In this document: one piece after another, positions 1-14,486 of the stretch
Position numbering within the stretch: the first letter of the stretch is position 1
Layout of the letters: every line of letters starts with the position of its first letter
Assembly (NCBI RefSeq): GCF_009914755.1
Contig: NC_060927.1
DNA length: 64,000 nt
Strand: one strand, 5' to 3'
From: the human T2T-CHM13v2.0 reference genome, Homo sapiens
Made by a program: the position numbers and the translations under genes
The notes under the pieces: generated by a model
Database searches by the model: none
Told to the model about the DNA's origin: nothing
Seen by the model: only the letters and a program-made list of their open reading frames with translations

Positions 1-95
1 ATGACTTTGCCCATGCCACCCAGCTAGTAAGTGGAAGAGCCAGCATTGAAGTCCAGGGCTGTCTGATTCTAAAGCCACATATTTTAATAACAATA
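1..95 (-). mobile_element. MIR SINE fragment
   Basis: Resembles antisense MIR core (cagctagtaagtgg..agagcc..gtctgattctaaagcc). Confidence 0.65.
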
Positions 96-224
96 TCACC
101 CGAGGATTCTGAGACCACTCAACAAACCAATGTCACTTAAGGATTTTTTAGAGACTACTTTAAAAGCAATGTGAATAAAATGCTTAATGAAGAACCAAAG
201 CTATATGAACTGAGTTCTCAGTCC

Positions 225-430
225 CTGCCAGTACTGTGCTAGAAACTGTCCATGTATGCTCTCATTCAAGTATCTCCATAGCCTCCATAGATCTTGTTAG
301 TTCTATTTTGCAGGTGAGGAATCTGAGGCTCAGAAAGAGGAAGTAACTTGCCCAAGGTCACACACAGTGGAGGCAATATTTAAGTCCAGATCTGCTTGAT
401 TTTAAAGCCCTATATTTTACTAACAACATC
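225..430 (-). mobile_element. MIR SINE fragment
   Basis: attttgcaggtgaggaatctgaggctcaga..aagtaacttgcccaaggtcacaca is the antisense MIR core. Confidence 0.75.
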
Positions 431-646
431 ACCCAGAGCGTTCCTAGGGAAAATGCTCATTTTCAGAAAAAAATCCAGAAAATGCTTACCAAATAGCAAC
501 CCCTAAGTTAGTTGCCTAAAGGATACAGGCTGCTGGGTAGGCTTCATCTTAACAAGGGTTTCCCTTCCCCAGACCCATGCAACATTATTTTTCTCCTATT
601 TTAAAAAAACTCTTTTTTCCCCCTTCTTGCTTGGTAGGAGGACGGG

Positions 647-671
647 GTGTGTGTGTGTGTGTGTGTGTGTG
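647..671. repeat. (GT)12 microsatellite
   Basis: Direct reading. Confidence 0.95.
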
Positions 672-1094
672 CATTTGCGGAATGGAACAATAAAAAGGAG
701 AGAGACATGCATAGAGATAAACGGATTGCAGAGAACTCAGGAGATCCAAGTTGATCTAAAGGCCCTGGGGTCTGGCTTCTTGCAATCTCTCTTTACCTGT
801 TGATAACAGCTCACTTCTGGATAAGTCAGCAGGGGGTTGGGGGTGGGGAGTCATTTTTAAGGAGAAGGAGAGCCTCTGTATTAGTTAAATCCTTTTAACA
901 TATATAGTAAAAGGGAAAGAATCCCACCACTCACAATTTTCCCTGGAATGTTGCTGGGTTTTGGATTCTGATTCAGCTTCAGAAGGCTGGGATCCCACAG
1001 AGCATTAGAAGGACTGGTGTGATAAGAACAAGATCATCTATTAAGCACCTATTACATACTGGTGTGATGCTGAGGACTTTGCATTCATTACATC

Positions 1095-1456
1095 TGCTAC
1101 GGTTTGAATGTAGTGTCCCCTTCAAAATTCATGCTGAAACTTAATCCCCATTGTGGTGGTATTAAGAGTTGGACCCTTTTAGGAGGTGATTGAGTCATAA
1201 GGGTGGAGCCCTCATGAACGCCCTTATAAAAGAAGCTTTAGAGAGAGTTTGCCTCTCTTGTTCTTCTGCCTTCGGCCACTGAGGACACAGCATCAAGGTG
1301 CCATCTTGAAAGCAGAGAGCAACCCTCACCAGACAGCAATGCCAGTGCCTCAATCTGGTACTTCCATCCTCTAGAACTGTGAGAAACAAATTTTGATTCT
1401 TAATAAATTCCTCAGTCCTTGGCATTTTGTTATAATAATGCGAATGGACTAAGACA
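1095..1456 (+). mobile_element. MaLR solo LTR, MSTD/MSTC-like, inserted in a MIR
   Basis: tgctacggtttgaatg...tggactaagaca termini; near-TSD acatc/acctc; MIR-like sequence on both sides. Confidence 0.85.
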
Positions 1457-1986
1457 ACCTCATATGACTCTTTCACCTACCCTGCAAATGAGGCAGTTGT
1501 ATGCCCTTTTGATAAGGCTAGGAAATTGTGGGTTCAGAGAGACAAAACTTTTCCCAAGAGACACATAATGTTCTCTAAGATTGTACAGCCAGTATGACAT
1601 AGACCTGGGATTCAAATCTAAGATTAGATTTTAAGTGCAATTTATGTGTCTCTTCAGTGGCCAAATATCTGCACTTGCTTCTTCTGGTTAAACATAATTT
1701 GCTGTCTGACATCCTTATCTCAGCCACTGACCCCTGAGTCATCTCCCTTCTCTATCCCCTTTCTCACTGCCAACATGTAATGGGCTTGCAAGATGGAATG
1801 CCTCCCCTACTACCTGTCCCTTCTAGGGAATCCCTACCCTTAAATATTCTTTATGCAGGAATTCAAAACTACATGTTGACCAGATAATCCCAATCATGGA
1901 TTGGGAATAGACAGTTCATCTAAGAGTAGCCAACCAATAGCAGGCTGGCAACCTGTGGGGTGAGCTACTGTGAAGCCTCATGCATT

Positions 1987-2448
<462 letters not shown>

Positions 2449-3384
2449 GTTTGATGTAGGCAGATATGATGGTTACTAATAAGTTTCATTCTCTTTCTTT
2501 TACTTTCTACCCCACCCCATCCCTAGGGATTCAAATGATATGAAATAGTAAGATACAGAGATGGTGTTGCTAGTCACTTTTAGGAACAGAAACACAAAGA
2601 TGTCCAGAGAAAGGCCATAAAGAATTTGGGGTCATGAGGAAAGCAAAGGTATGAGTTAGCAGAGGCTATGGAATGATGGGCATAGAAGGAAGTTCAGTAT
2701 AACAGCAAGAGATCCATCTGTTTCCGTTGCTGATGGTACAGCTGACTGCCTTAAATCCTAAATAAGCTGTCCATGACACCTGAGAAATCCTATCCCAACA
2801 CTGGGATTCCTACTCTTTTGGTGCTTACCTTTACTTTCACTTAAATCTGATTACTTGGAGTAATATGTTGAGTTTGTGGGATTATCCATGATTGCATTCA
2901 CAGATCTAAACAGACAGTGGAACCTAAAGAAAAAAAAAATCCAGGGCAAAAGGAAGGTGACTCCCAACTTGAGAAAAATTTTTATTTTTTCCATTCAGCT
3001 CTATTCAGAATGCTAAAACATAAATATAAATCTAGATAGAGAAACATTTCCTAACGTTAAGTTAAACAGATCCCTGGAGTTGACAGAGAACATTAACCTA
3101 CTCCAAATCTTTACCTAATCCATTAATCTCACATAAACACCCAACAAGTCTTCTTGTCTGTGTTTGAATACTTCACCAATGAGGATCTCCCTCTTGTGCT
3201 ATAATTGCCAGGAGGTTTCAATACCTAAAACTTTTGCCTAACAAGCAACTAAGATAAAAACAACATAACACAGAATAACATATTTCTAACACTTCCAAAC
3301 GACAAATATTTCTTTATTGTGCTTGGCATGAGAGTGAGCAAGACAGGTGGAAATCCTGTCTTTCTGGGGTTTACATCAGCCTTT

Positions 3385-3760
3385 TCAAATTTTTATTTTG
3401 AAAAATTTTGAACATACAGAATAGTAGAGAGAATAGTGTGATGAACACTTATGTTCCATTATCCAATTCAACAATTAAGAATGCACAGCTCTTTCTGTTT
3501 CATTTTTATGCCTTTTCCCCTAAGTCTCCCTACCACCCTGCTGAATTATTTTAAGATAAATCCCAGGTGTCATATCATTTCGGCATGTGTTTCTAACAGA
3601 TAATGACTCTTTTTTCTTCATGTAACCACAATATTGTTATTCACACTTGAAAACATTTAACAGTGATTTTTTAATATCATCTAATTTCCAGTCAGTTTTT
3701 TTCTTCAAATTTTTCTTTTTGTATTAAAAATATCTTTTTACAGTTGGTTTGTTTGGAGTT
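3385..3760 (-). mobile_element. Ancient L1M 3' fragment
   Basis: ttttattttgaaaaattttgaacatacagaatagtagagagaatag.. resembles antisense L1MC/MD 3' end. Confidence 0.6.
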
Positions 3761-3936
3761 TTACATTACAATGAAACATGCTCTTTGAACAAAAACACAG
3801 CTAAATCTTGATATTTTATTCCATATATGTAGTTAAACCTACCTGGAAGACTACCGATTCTATAAAATGTATAGATTTAAACAAAACCAGTAGCTATTTT
3901 TTTTCCTCTACTTTCAGAAGCTTATCTTCTAGAGGA

Positions 3937-4258
<322 letters not shown>

Positions 4259-5827
4259 ATCTTCTAGATATTTTTATAAGCTTGATATTAGACATCACTC
4301 TTCTGTTTTCTCCAAAATGATTTTCCTCTTTTTTATCACGTGGCTTTCTTTGTTAATGAAGCACAGATCATGTTTGCAATGTGATAATTCTGCTCCTTGG
4401 AAAGCCTATTATTCTGAAGGCCTAACATCCTCAGAAAACATTCACTGAAAGCCCACTAGAATAACAGAATGTAGGGCTATTGATCCAGCAGTCCTACTTC
4501 TAGGACTGAATACAGAAGAAAATATGAGAGCAGAAATAAATGTTATATTTTATATTATATAATCATATAAGTTGTTTAAAAAGTTTCACTGTTATAGATA
4601 ACTGTAAGAGAAACATCATTATATATAATATGTATATTATTATCGTGCTATATTGTACATTAAACATATAATTTATAAATTAAATCTAATGACATATTTA
4701 TATCTTATGCAGAATGATGTCTATACCATTGTTTATTTATAACATTGAAATTTTTAAAGTCCATTGAATGGAATTGGTTAAATAAATTAAGGCTAACCTC
4801 CATAATGAAATACTACAAAGCGATTAAAAATTATCATGGAAATATTTGTATCAATATGGAAAGATAAACTATTTTAGGTGAAAATATTAGGCTATGAAAC
4901 AGTATGTAGCATTGTTATGCAAGATCTCCAAGTTGTATTAATTTTAAAAGGTGCAAAAGACCTAAAAACTATATATATATATACACACACATATATATAT
5001 GCACACACACATACACACACACAGACATAAAGTGATCCCATTTGTAATTACTCCACGTATTCCCTGACACTCAAATGTACATATACATGAATAGAATAGC
5101 CCGGATGACTACATGCCAAAATGTTAGCAGTGATTCTTTCTGGGTAATAGGTTTGCTTGAATACATATTTCTTAAAATGTCTGTGTTTTCTGAATATTTT
5201 AATAAGTATATATTATTTTATATCATAAAACTTTTATGTTCTTAATGTTAGGTTAGAAAAAGTTACTGGCTTAAGGTTACAGATAGTTCATTTCAAAGCA
5301 AGACCCAAGCTCTCCCTTGAGAATCATGTTATTTGTTTCTCCTCCACTTAAGGCTGTTTCCTGGCAAAATGTTTCTCAGTTGCTGTGTAAATAGGTTTTG
5401 GTTATGCCTGTCCTACAAAGTGTCTAAGCTTGGACCAGACACACCTGAATCACAGCATTGGCCCAAGCTGGGACCACCACAGGCAAGACATACACACAGG
5501 CAAGACATGTGCAACAGTTATCAAAGGCATTGAGAGGACAGAATAATGGTCAGTGTCAAGGTCATTGTGTGAAGCTGCACAGGTTGAGCTCTGCACATCT
5601 CCTGAGGTTGAGGGGACCATTTACATTAGAAACTATGAAAGTTTCTGTGCACAATGTTTCCCTGAAAATGTATAATGCCCAATCTGTACAACTGTGCCAC
5701 CAAGTCCTGAATTCCACTAGGGCAAGAGGAAACTTCATGGAAAGGAAGTCACCTTGAGGTCGACATTTCAATACAACTCAATTCTGAGTGATTTAGTAAC
5801 ATTACATCATTGTGCTAATATTTAATG

Positions 5828-6126
5828 GTTTTTGTTTGTTTGTTTGAGATGGAGTCTCACTCTGTTGCCCCTGCTGGAGTGCAGTGGCATGATTTCTGCT
5901 CACTGCGACCTCAGCCTCCTGTGTTCAACTGATTCTCCTGCCTCAGCCTCCCAAGTAGCTAGAACTACAGGCACGTGCCACCATACCCAGCTAATTTTTG
6001 TACTTTTAGTAGAGACGGGGTTTCACCATGTTGGTCAGGTGGTATTGAGCTCCTGACCTCAAGTTATCTTCCTGCCTCAGCCTCTCAAAGTGCTGGGATT
6101 ACAGGCATGAGTCACCATGCCCAGCC
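5828..6126 (-). mobile_element. AluS, full length
   Basis: Antisense Alu dimer with (TTTG)n tail. Confidence 0.93.
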
Positions 6127-6829
6127 CCAATAAATTTTTATAACACCTACAGTGAATGTATGTAAGACCAAAAACTATAGCAATTAAAGATGTTGAGACT
6201 CTTCTCAGAAATCAAAGAAATTCTCTTAACTGAAAAAACATCTTCAATGAGCCTTCAGTGTACTCTTGTGCATATTAGGTTTATCTGTGTTTAAATTAAT
6301 CAGATTTTCTCAAAGTAATTCCTGAATAATATGAAACTGATTGCATATACAGTGATGAAAATGTCTTTCCTACATTGGCTGACATGAATCAGCTTTTTCT
6401 TTCACTTCATTGCTTAAGATAATTACTTGTATTTGTGAAGAATGCCTCTCTTACTTAGACATTTCCAAGGCAGAACTTCAAAATGGGTATGATAGAATTA
6501 CCCCCAAGTTTCACACAGAACATTAGGATTTATTCAGTTTAAATTAAGAAGTCTGACTCAACATTTATTTTTTAAAAAAATGGAAATCCCTGCCCTTTCC
6601 ACTTTTCTTTCTCTTTCTTTTTGTTTTCCATTTCTTTTTTTCCTTCCTGGTTTAAATTCAGCATGGCAGGTGAACAATTTTATAAGTACTGTATTAGGGG
6701 TACTGAGAGCCAAGTTTCTCAGTGCCAGAGAAGACAATTACAAATGTGGAAAGAAGAAGGCTAGAAAAATCCCAGTAGTGTTGGATTGGAATCGTAGATG
6801 GCAGTATCAACTCATGGTTTTATAAAATC

Positions 6830-8065
6830 TATATGCAGGGGAACACAGTACTTACAAATATCTGTTTATGTATGTATGTCAATACATACAAATATTTTCA
6901 AACTCTGTCTATTGCGAGAGCCAAGAAACAATGACAGCCCAGTAGCTACAAGCACATTCAACACTCAGATCTTGGTTTCTAAATACCGTCTATTCACCAA
7001 GTACTTCTCAGAGAAATGGCTAGTTCCAGGGTTGGGGCAGGCAAAGCGCAATATGAATGTGAAACATCATTTTGTGTCAGAATGTAAGGAAATGCTCATG
7101 AATAATGCATTACAATATGTAATAGCTAGCTTGAAGCAGCCCCCAGTTGCCAATTAGAGAAGATTTTGAACATCAAAATAAATAAGATAGTAAAGTATTA
7201 CCCATTAAATAAAATAAGAATTCATGATTCTATACTAACATGATTTATACATATATAGATAAATAACAAATGGAGAAATAGAGATGGTAGGTTCAGGTGG
7301 GATTCATCAATGGATGTTCATGCTGGTAAGTGGAGATCTGATAAGAAATGGAATTTGGGTGTAATTATCAAAAATCTCCCCTATAAAATACTAATCAATT
7401 ACAAAGGGAAAATTGGTGAAGGTAAGGTGGCAAAACAGTAGACAGTAATTTGACCAGGCTTTCAAGGTTAGCATCATCAGTGAGGAGACAAAGCAACATC
7501 ACACACCTCCCTTTGTGATGTGCAGAGAAGAGCACAGCTTCATTTCTGGGTGTTCCTGCTGAGAATATATGACCAGCATATGATCATGAGGAAACATTGG
7601 TGAACCCAGAGGGAAGGTCACTCTCCAGAATGAAAAGCCTCTCCTCTTTAAAAGTGTAAAGTACACACGGGAAAGACAGAGGGACTGTTCCAGATTAGAG
7701 AAGTTCAAAACGGCATGATAACTACTAAATGCAAAACATATCCCTGGACAAGAAAGGAAAAGCTGGCAAAATTTGAAAGGGATCTGTGCATTGGATCTGT
7801 GTTGTGCCAATTGGAAGGATTGGATGCTGGTTTTGTAAGACCACGTCCTTGTTTCCTGGAAACAGACACTGGAATGCTTAGGAATGATGGAACATAACGT
7901 CTAGCTTGCTCTCAAAAAGATCCAGAAAAATGATAATGAATACTTATAGAGAGCATGGGAGATGGAGTCAAGGCAACACCTTAACAATTAGGGAATCCAA
8001 GAGAAAGAGATTCAGGGCATTTTCGTACTGTTCTGGCAACTTTTCCTTAAGTTTGCAATTATTGT
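6830..8065 (+). mobile_element. Ancient L1MC-type 3' region
   Basis: gagccaagaaacaatgacagcccagtagc..cagatcttggtttctaaatacc and terminal gtactgttctggcaacttttcc..aagtttg resemble L1MC4/5 3' UTR. Confidence 0.65.
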
Positions 8066-8764
8066 TTTTAAAAGGTTTTTTTTAACACACTTAAATAAGT
8101 GGGGAAACTGCAAGTGGTTTTTACATAATATAAAAAACATAAAACAAATACCAGTATTATCTCCCACTTATTAAGTGCCAGGCGCTGTAGGTACCTTATC
8201 TCTTACCCTTAGAGGAGCCATCTGGAGAGATATTATTGTCCCCTCTTGAAAGAGGAGATAACAGGCTGATAGCGATGAAGTTATTTCCCTAAAGTCACTC
8301 TGTACGTTAGGGGCAGAGACCAGATTCAAACCTGGGCAATCTGATTCCAAAGCCCACACTCCCAGCCACCATGCCATGTTGCCTCTGTGCGGAATGATCC
8401 AAAAGGCCATGGCATTATTAGTATTATGATTAAACACTTCTTATGGACCAGACACCATGTTATTCACTCTTTGGTGCATTCTGTCTTCCAAGCTCGCAAC
8501 TCTGTGAAGACAGCAGCTGTGTTACCTCCATTTTACACTTGAGAGACTGGGGCTAAGAAAAGTGTGGTTCACACAGCTGGAAAGTGTGGGAGCTGGCGTG
8601 TGGAATCCAGTTCTGTCATTACACCAAGAAGAGAGAAACTTCCTGTTGAATGGTGAGAGTGCGAAAGGCACAGAGGGGCCATTTACAAGTTTTAAACCCC
8701 AGGCTTTGGGACTCTGCTAAATCTAAATTGCCTTGATTAAGTTGCCTTGGTAAATATACACGAC

Positions 8765-9002
8765 AGACATGCCCTTATGCACAGTGCACACAGTGCCTAT
8801 GACCCAGGACACATTTAGGAGCCCCTGAAAACGTTATAATTCCTTTTAAAATCAGATTACAAAATCAATATAATCCAGCTTGGATTATATTTGTCTTAAC
8901 ACCAGAGTAGTGATGAAACATAATCTTTAATTTTTTTTATGGAGGAAGGAGCTCATGAAGGCAAAAGTGTCTAGGGCCGATGAAAGTTACAATGTAGCCC
9001 TG
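8765..9002 (+). mobile_element. Non-autonomous hAT element (ORSL-like)
   Basis: gcacagtgcct..., internal palindrome aatataatcca-gct-tggattatatt, end aaggcaaaagtgtctagggcc..gccctg. Confidence 0.6.
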
Positions 9003-9364
9003 CAAGTGTATTTTTATACAGATCTGAGATTGTGAAAATGTGTCTTGGTCAGGATACTCACAAGCCACACTCAGCAAATGAACAACTCCGGATTACGGAT
9101 AGCCTCACTCAGGACAGATTGCACTATTTAAGATCTACTGCAAGGGGGAAATTGTAACTGTATTGACTTCATGAAGTTAACAAGGATTAGCCATGGTGAA
9201 AAAAATATTCAGTCCACAGAGAGAAAATATTAAAGTCATATCTCAAAGCAGCAACGAGATAAAGGCAGTAATGGGCTTGTGATTTGGCGGATGTCCTTTT
9301 ATTGTGTTTTTGCTGTCATGAGCTATTCTCCTAGAGATCTTTTTGTGTTTGCGCTTGACAATAT

Positions 9365-10588
9365 TGAGAGGTGACAACGTGCTGGCGGCCATCACTAGCT
9401 CTCAGCACCTCCCAGGCCTCGGTGTCCACTCTGGCCAGGCTTGAGGAGCCCTTCAGCCCGCCGCTGCACTGTGGGAGCCCCTCCCTGGGCTGGCTGAGGC
9501 TGGAGCTGGCTCACTCTGCTTACGGGGAGGTGTGGAGACAGAGGCGCAGGCGGGAACCGGGGCTGCTCAGGGCGCTAGCAGGCCAGCGCAAGTTCCGGGT
9601 GGGCATGGGCTCAGCGGGCCCAGCACTCGAAGCAGCTGGCCAGCGCTGCAATCCCCAGCAGTGAGGGGCTTAGCACCCGGCCCGGCAGCTGCGGAGGGGG
9701 CGCCGGGTCCTCCAGCACTGCCAGCCCGCCCGCGAGGCTCTCGAATTCTCATCGGGCCTCAGCCGCCTCCCCGCGGGGCGAGCCTTCCCGACAGGCGGCG
9801 CCTGCTGCTCCGCTGTGCCCAGTGCCATGAATCGCCCAAGGGCTGAGGAGTGCAGCCGCGCAGCGCGGGGGGACTGGTGGGCAGCTCCGCCCGCGGCTCT
9901 GGCACGCGATCCACCAGGCGAAGCCAGCTGGGCTCCGGAGTAGGGTGGGGACTTGGAGAACTTTTATGTCCAGCGGGAGATTGTAAATACACTAACCAGC
10001 ACTCTGTGTCTAGCTCAGGGATTGTAAACGCACCAATCAGCACCCTGTCAAAATGGACCAATCAGCTCTCTGTAAAATGGGCCAATCATCAGGATGTGGG
10101 TGGGGTCCGATAAGGGAATAAAAGCAGGCTCCCCGAGCCAGCAGTAGCAACCTGCTTGGGTCCTCTTTCACACTGTGGAAGCGTTGTTCTTTTGCTTTTT
10201 GCAATAAACCTTGCTGTTGCTTACTATTCGGGTTTGCACTGCCTTTGTGAGCTGTAACACTCACTGTGAAGGTCTGCAGTTTCAGTCCTGAGGTCAGCGA
10301 GACCACGAACCCACCGGCAGGAGTGAACACACTCCGGAAAGGAGGAATGAACAACTCCAGACGTGCCGCCTTAATAGCTGTAATGCTCACCGCGAAGGTC
10401 TGCAGCTTCACTTCTGAAGCCAGCGAGACCGTGAACCCACCAGAAGGAAGAAACTCGGAACACGACTGAACATCAGAAGGAGCAAATTCCAGACACACCA
10501 TCTTTGAGAACTGTTAACACTCACCGCGAGGGTCCGTGGCTTCACTCTTGAAGTCAGTGAGATCAAGAACCCACCAATTCCAGACACA
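9365..10588 (+). mobile_element. ERV9 solo LTR (LTR12D/E-like)
   Basis: tgagaggtgacaacgtgc...aattccagacaca termini; 4-bp TSD atat (9361-9364 / 10589-10592); CpG-rich U3, CCAAT boxes, AATAAAAG at 10117, U5 repeats. Confidence 0.95.
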
Positions 10589-10709
10589 ATATCATGTTAA
10601 TGTCACAATTTTATAAGATTCTACTAGTCAGCAATTGAAAACCTGGTCACATGAAAAAAGATGAGGATTTTTTTTTTCTTTTTAATTCTATGGTGTTTTC
10701 TATCAGCTA

Positions 10710-11150
10710 GAGTACATTTTACTTTGAATCAAGGGAAACTCAAACTATTTTAAGCCGAAAAGGAAGTTATTGAATAATGCAACTCAAAAGACCAAGACCA
10801 GTCTGTCTTTAGGCAAGGCTTATTCAGGGTTCAAACAAAGTGACCAGGACCTAGTTCCTTTCCGTATGTCACTGTGACATTGTCTTTTGTGTATCACTTT
10901 CCTTCTCTGCCTACGTGTGATGGCAAGACGGTGACGATAGTTTCAAATCTCAAGGAAAAGAAAGATGTTTTTCTAACATTCCCATAAAACTCTTAGGATT
11001 CATTGGACCAACCAGCTTGGAAAACATGCCCACCCTTAATCACTGTGGCCAGTGCTCATTGGCAGAGGCCCGGGCTATAAATTCTGCCCCAGGCTAAGAT
11101 ATAGTGAGAGTTGAATCCCTCAATGAAAAGTAAGGGTGTGTAAAAGCTAT
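10710..11150 (-). mobile_element. Old MaLR LTR (MLT1K/L-like)
   Basis: Degenerate antisense MLT1 motifs (ttcagggttcaaacaaagtgaccaggacc; gattcattggacca). Confidence 0.5.
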
Positions 11151-11250
11151 CAAGAAAACAAACAAAAAAACCCCCAAAGTCTCTATGTGCTCCCAGAACT
11201 ATGACTTCAGTCTCTACTGAGAAATCCTGAGATATATAAGAGGTGGTCTG

Positions 11251-11527
11251 GGCTGGGCACAGTGTGTCATGCCTACAGTTCCAGCGTTTGGGAGGCTGAG
11301 GCTAGCGGATCCCTTGAGGCCAGGAGTTCAAGACTAGGCTGGCCAACATAGCAAAATCCCTTTCTACTGAAAATACAAAAATTAGCCAGGCGTGGTGGCA
11401 CATTCCTGAAATCCCAGCTACTCGGGAGGCTGAGGCATGAGAATTGCTTGAACCTGGGATGCGGAGGTTGTAGTGAGCTGAGATTGCACTCCAGCCTGGA
11501 TGATAGAGAAAAACTCCTTCTCCATAA
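11251..11527 (+). mobile_element. Old Alu (J/early S) with almost no A tail
   Basis: Alu dimer ggctgggcacagtg... Confidence 0.9.
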
Positions 11528-11540
11528 AAGAGGTATCCTG

Positions 11541-11826
11541 GGCTGGGCTGGGCTTGATGGCTCAACCCTGTAATCCCAGCATTCTGGGAGGCCAAGGTGG
11601 GAGGATTACTTAACCAGGAGTTTGAGACTAGCCTCGGCAACCTAGAAAGACTCTGCCTCTACAAAAAATAAAACAAAATAATTAGCCAGTTGTGGTGGTG
11701 AACGCCTGTTGTCCCAGCTACTCAGGAGGCTTGAGTCCAGGAGTTCAAGGCTGCAGTGAGCTGTGATCACCACTGCACTCCAGCCTGGGCAACAGAATGA
11801 GACCCTGTATCTAAAAAAAGAAAAAA
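11541..11826 (+). mobile_element. AluJ
   Basis: Alu dimer with J-type right arm (ggagttcaaggctgcagtgagctgtgatc) and an internal deletion. Confidence 0.9.
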
Positions 11827-13047
11827 GAGATGGTCTGGCTTAGTATTAGGAACACAGCCTCTAGAATTAGAGCACCTGGCTCATTCCCTTACATGTTAGG
11901 CCCAGAGAATTCTGTGCCCAACATCACAAAGCCAAGAATGTGGGAGAGTCATGGACTCAGACCCAGACCACTGTACTACTGGCAGACACTGGCTGGCAAA
12001 AATCCTACTCTTCAAACTTCCCTCCCTCCCACTGCCCGACCTCCAGCAGTTTACATTTTCACTGTTTCTGGTTTATTTACTAGGTCAGTTGTTCTATGAA
12101 AACAAAACAACATGAAGTTTTGTAATGTAGTGTCAATTCTTCTGGTTTGAAAAAAAATTCTCCCCCATAGCGTTCAGACCAACAACGTGAGCTTTCATGG
12201 AACCCGTATATGAAAAGAGCTGAATCCATTATTTTTTCTTCTTTTCTCATTAGCCCATCACTCTGATAAGAAAAAGCAAACTAATTAAATAAACTCCATG
12301 AGCTTTCTGATAGAAACCAGGAGACATCAAAGTCTTTCATGGATGGTACTAGGTAGGTCTAAGAAGTCACCTTATGTCAATATCATTCCATTATTTCCCA
12401 AACATCATCATTACTGAGCATGAATGCAGGAAAATGGGATTAACTTCCACAAAAACTCCCTAACTGTTATGTATCTAAGTATATGGGCAATGTTTATTTG
12501 TTTGTTCGTTTAACATATCCTGCCTAATGAAATTCTTCTCAATGCTGCTTTTTTGGGAATTAAGCTGGTGGCTCTCCCTGGCTTTAGGTCACATGCTTCT
12601 TTTCCTCAAGTGCAAAGAAGTGATGGTTATAATGGTTACTACAAGGGACAGTCCTTTCCAACTGGCTTGCCCTAGTTGCCTTTTGTTCTGAAGGTTTGTA
12701 CAAAGGTATCCACCCACATCTGGGCAGGATTCTTCATTCACTCAGGATTTTGAAACTAAAATCTGAATATAACTCTGGGTTCTCTTAGAAAGTTCCCGAT
12801 CAGGAGAGCGAGATACGAATGGAAACCTCTGCTAATCCTTAGTCCCTCTTTTTTACAGATCCATACCCCACTTCAAAATGTCTTTTTTTCCCCTCCTATT
12901 TTCTTCTGGTAACTAATTAGATATTCACTTGAAATCTCCCTTTAAAAAAAAATTAGATAACTTTGTCCGGGAGTTTTCTGAATTCAAATCCAGCCCATCT
13001 CTCCACATCAAACATATCCCATTTGAGTGATATTTCCGGGCTCATAT

Positions 13048-13229
13048 TTGTTTTCTCCTTAGAGGCTTTAAGCTCCCCGAGGATGAGACCTTGTCCAGCT
13101 TCCTTCCAGGACCCACAAAAATATGTCATACTTTTAAGGCCCCCAATAAAGACTGGGTCAGTTCCTCTTTATAGTAAGTAAAGAGTTAAAAACACAGACT
13201 GAAAACTCCTCAAGGGGTTTTGTTATTTC
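13048..13229 (+). repeat. Left arm of 182-bp inverted repeat
   Basis: Manual alignment to the reverse complement of 14487-14668: 173/182 identical, no indels. Confidence 0.97.
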
Positions 13230-14486
13230 TAGACTTTGTATCTTTATTTTGCTATTTACACATACAGGATTTTTAGTACAGAATATCTTATGATACAAGT
13301 TACACATAAAAGGCATTGTTATTCCTTCTGCACTCTGAATCTCTCTTTTCTGGAATCTGTAGCACAATGTTCAATTAGAATTAGAGGCAAATTAATATAT
13401 CAAATACGGTTCTAAAGCACGAGCAATTGTTGTTACTACATTATACAAGTCCACATGTATGCGCTGAGAACCTTCATGTCCCTGGCACTGTTGGACAGCC
13501 TGTGGGAATAAGATGGGAGGACGGAAGGGCAATTTCTATTTTCAAGAGTTTGGAATGTTAAGGAAATCCAAGGTCATGTCTTTTTCATAGAAAACCTATA
13601 GGACCTTTTTGCATTAAGTTATGGAAGCTGCCCCTGAGGGTAAGCTTGGATTAGTGATTCCTAGACATTTGTGTGTTTGGACAATTTATGATGCTACCCA
13701 TATTTGAGGTCTGACATGAGGCTGTCAATAAAGACACTAGAAACACACATACCTGCTGCTTATTATGATAATTATTTCATAAAAGTAAGGACATCTTAGT
13801 ATTTTTTGAAAAAAGATAAAGTACAATGCTTTCAATGGATTAAATTCTGATTTATAAAAAAAATCATGCTGTATGTAGTTTTTTCCCCCTAATTCACTGG
13901 GAAGTGACAGAAATTCTGCTACCAATCTCACCCTGGGAGTCACTGTGCAGTAATTGTGAGGGCTGTCCAAGTGTGAAGTGCTTATTTGTATTATGTCTAA
14001 GGGAGACAGTGAGTAAGTGGCTTGGCAGCTGCAGGGATGTTAATCAAGATCTAGCAGGCTCAGGAGCTTTCTGTCTGCTCCCCAGAGCCCGTTTCATAGC
14101 AAACATCGGGGTATTTATTTGCCTCTGGTTCCTGGGAAACGAGGACACATTGCAGGAAGGAGGTTTAGCTGGCTGTCACCTGCCCATGGGCACCCTAGGA
14201 AGTTTGCTGGGTGTGGAAAGGAAATAGTGTGAATTGCAGGAAGCATAAATCCGATAGTGCTCTAGGGTGGGATCATGAGCTCTGGGCTTCCCCAGGTTTT
14301 GACACAGCCTTCACTTCAATTTCATTCCTGGGCAGAGGGAGTAGCCAGAAATAGGCAGTAAGACCCCATATGTTACACAATTGTAAGCTGATATTCCATG
14401 TCTCACACTAATATTGTCTGCCCTGGTGGAGACATGGAGCAGGAAGGATTGATTCTGGTGTGCTATGGCCTCAAGTGAGGCCTAAT

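Noticed and set aside
8867-8891. Perfect 11-bp hairpin, plus small hairpins at ~29171-29192, ~32090-32116 and 42974-43008
   Set aside because: The first and last lie within transposon sequence; the others have 8-bp stems expected by chance and are too short for pre-miRNAs.
9371-10501. Overlapping ORFs here and at 26192-27821
   Set aside because: They lie inside GC-rich LTR12 sequence with few stop codons; no gag/pol/env similarity.
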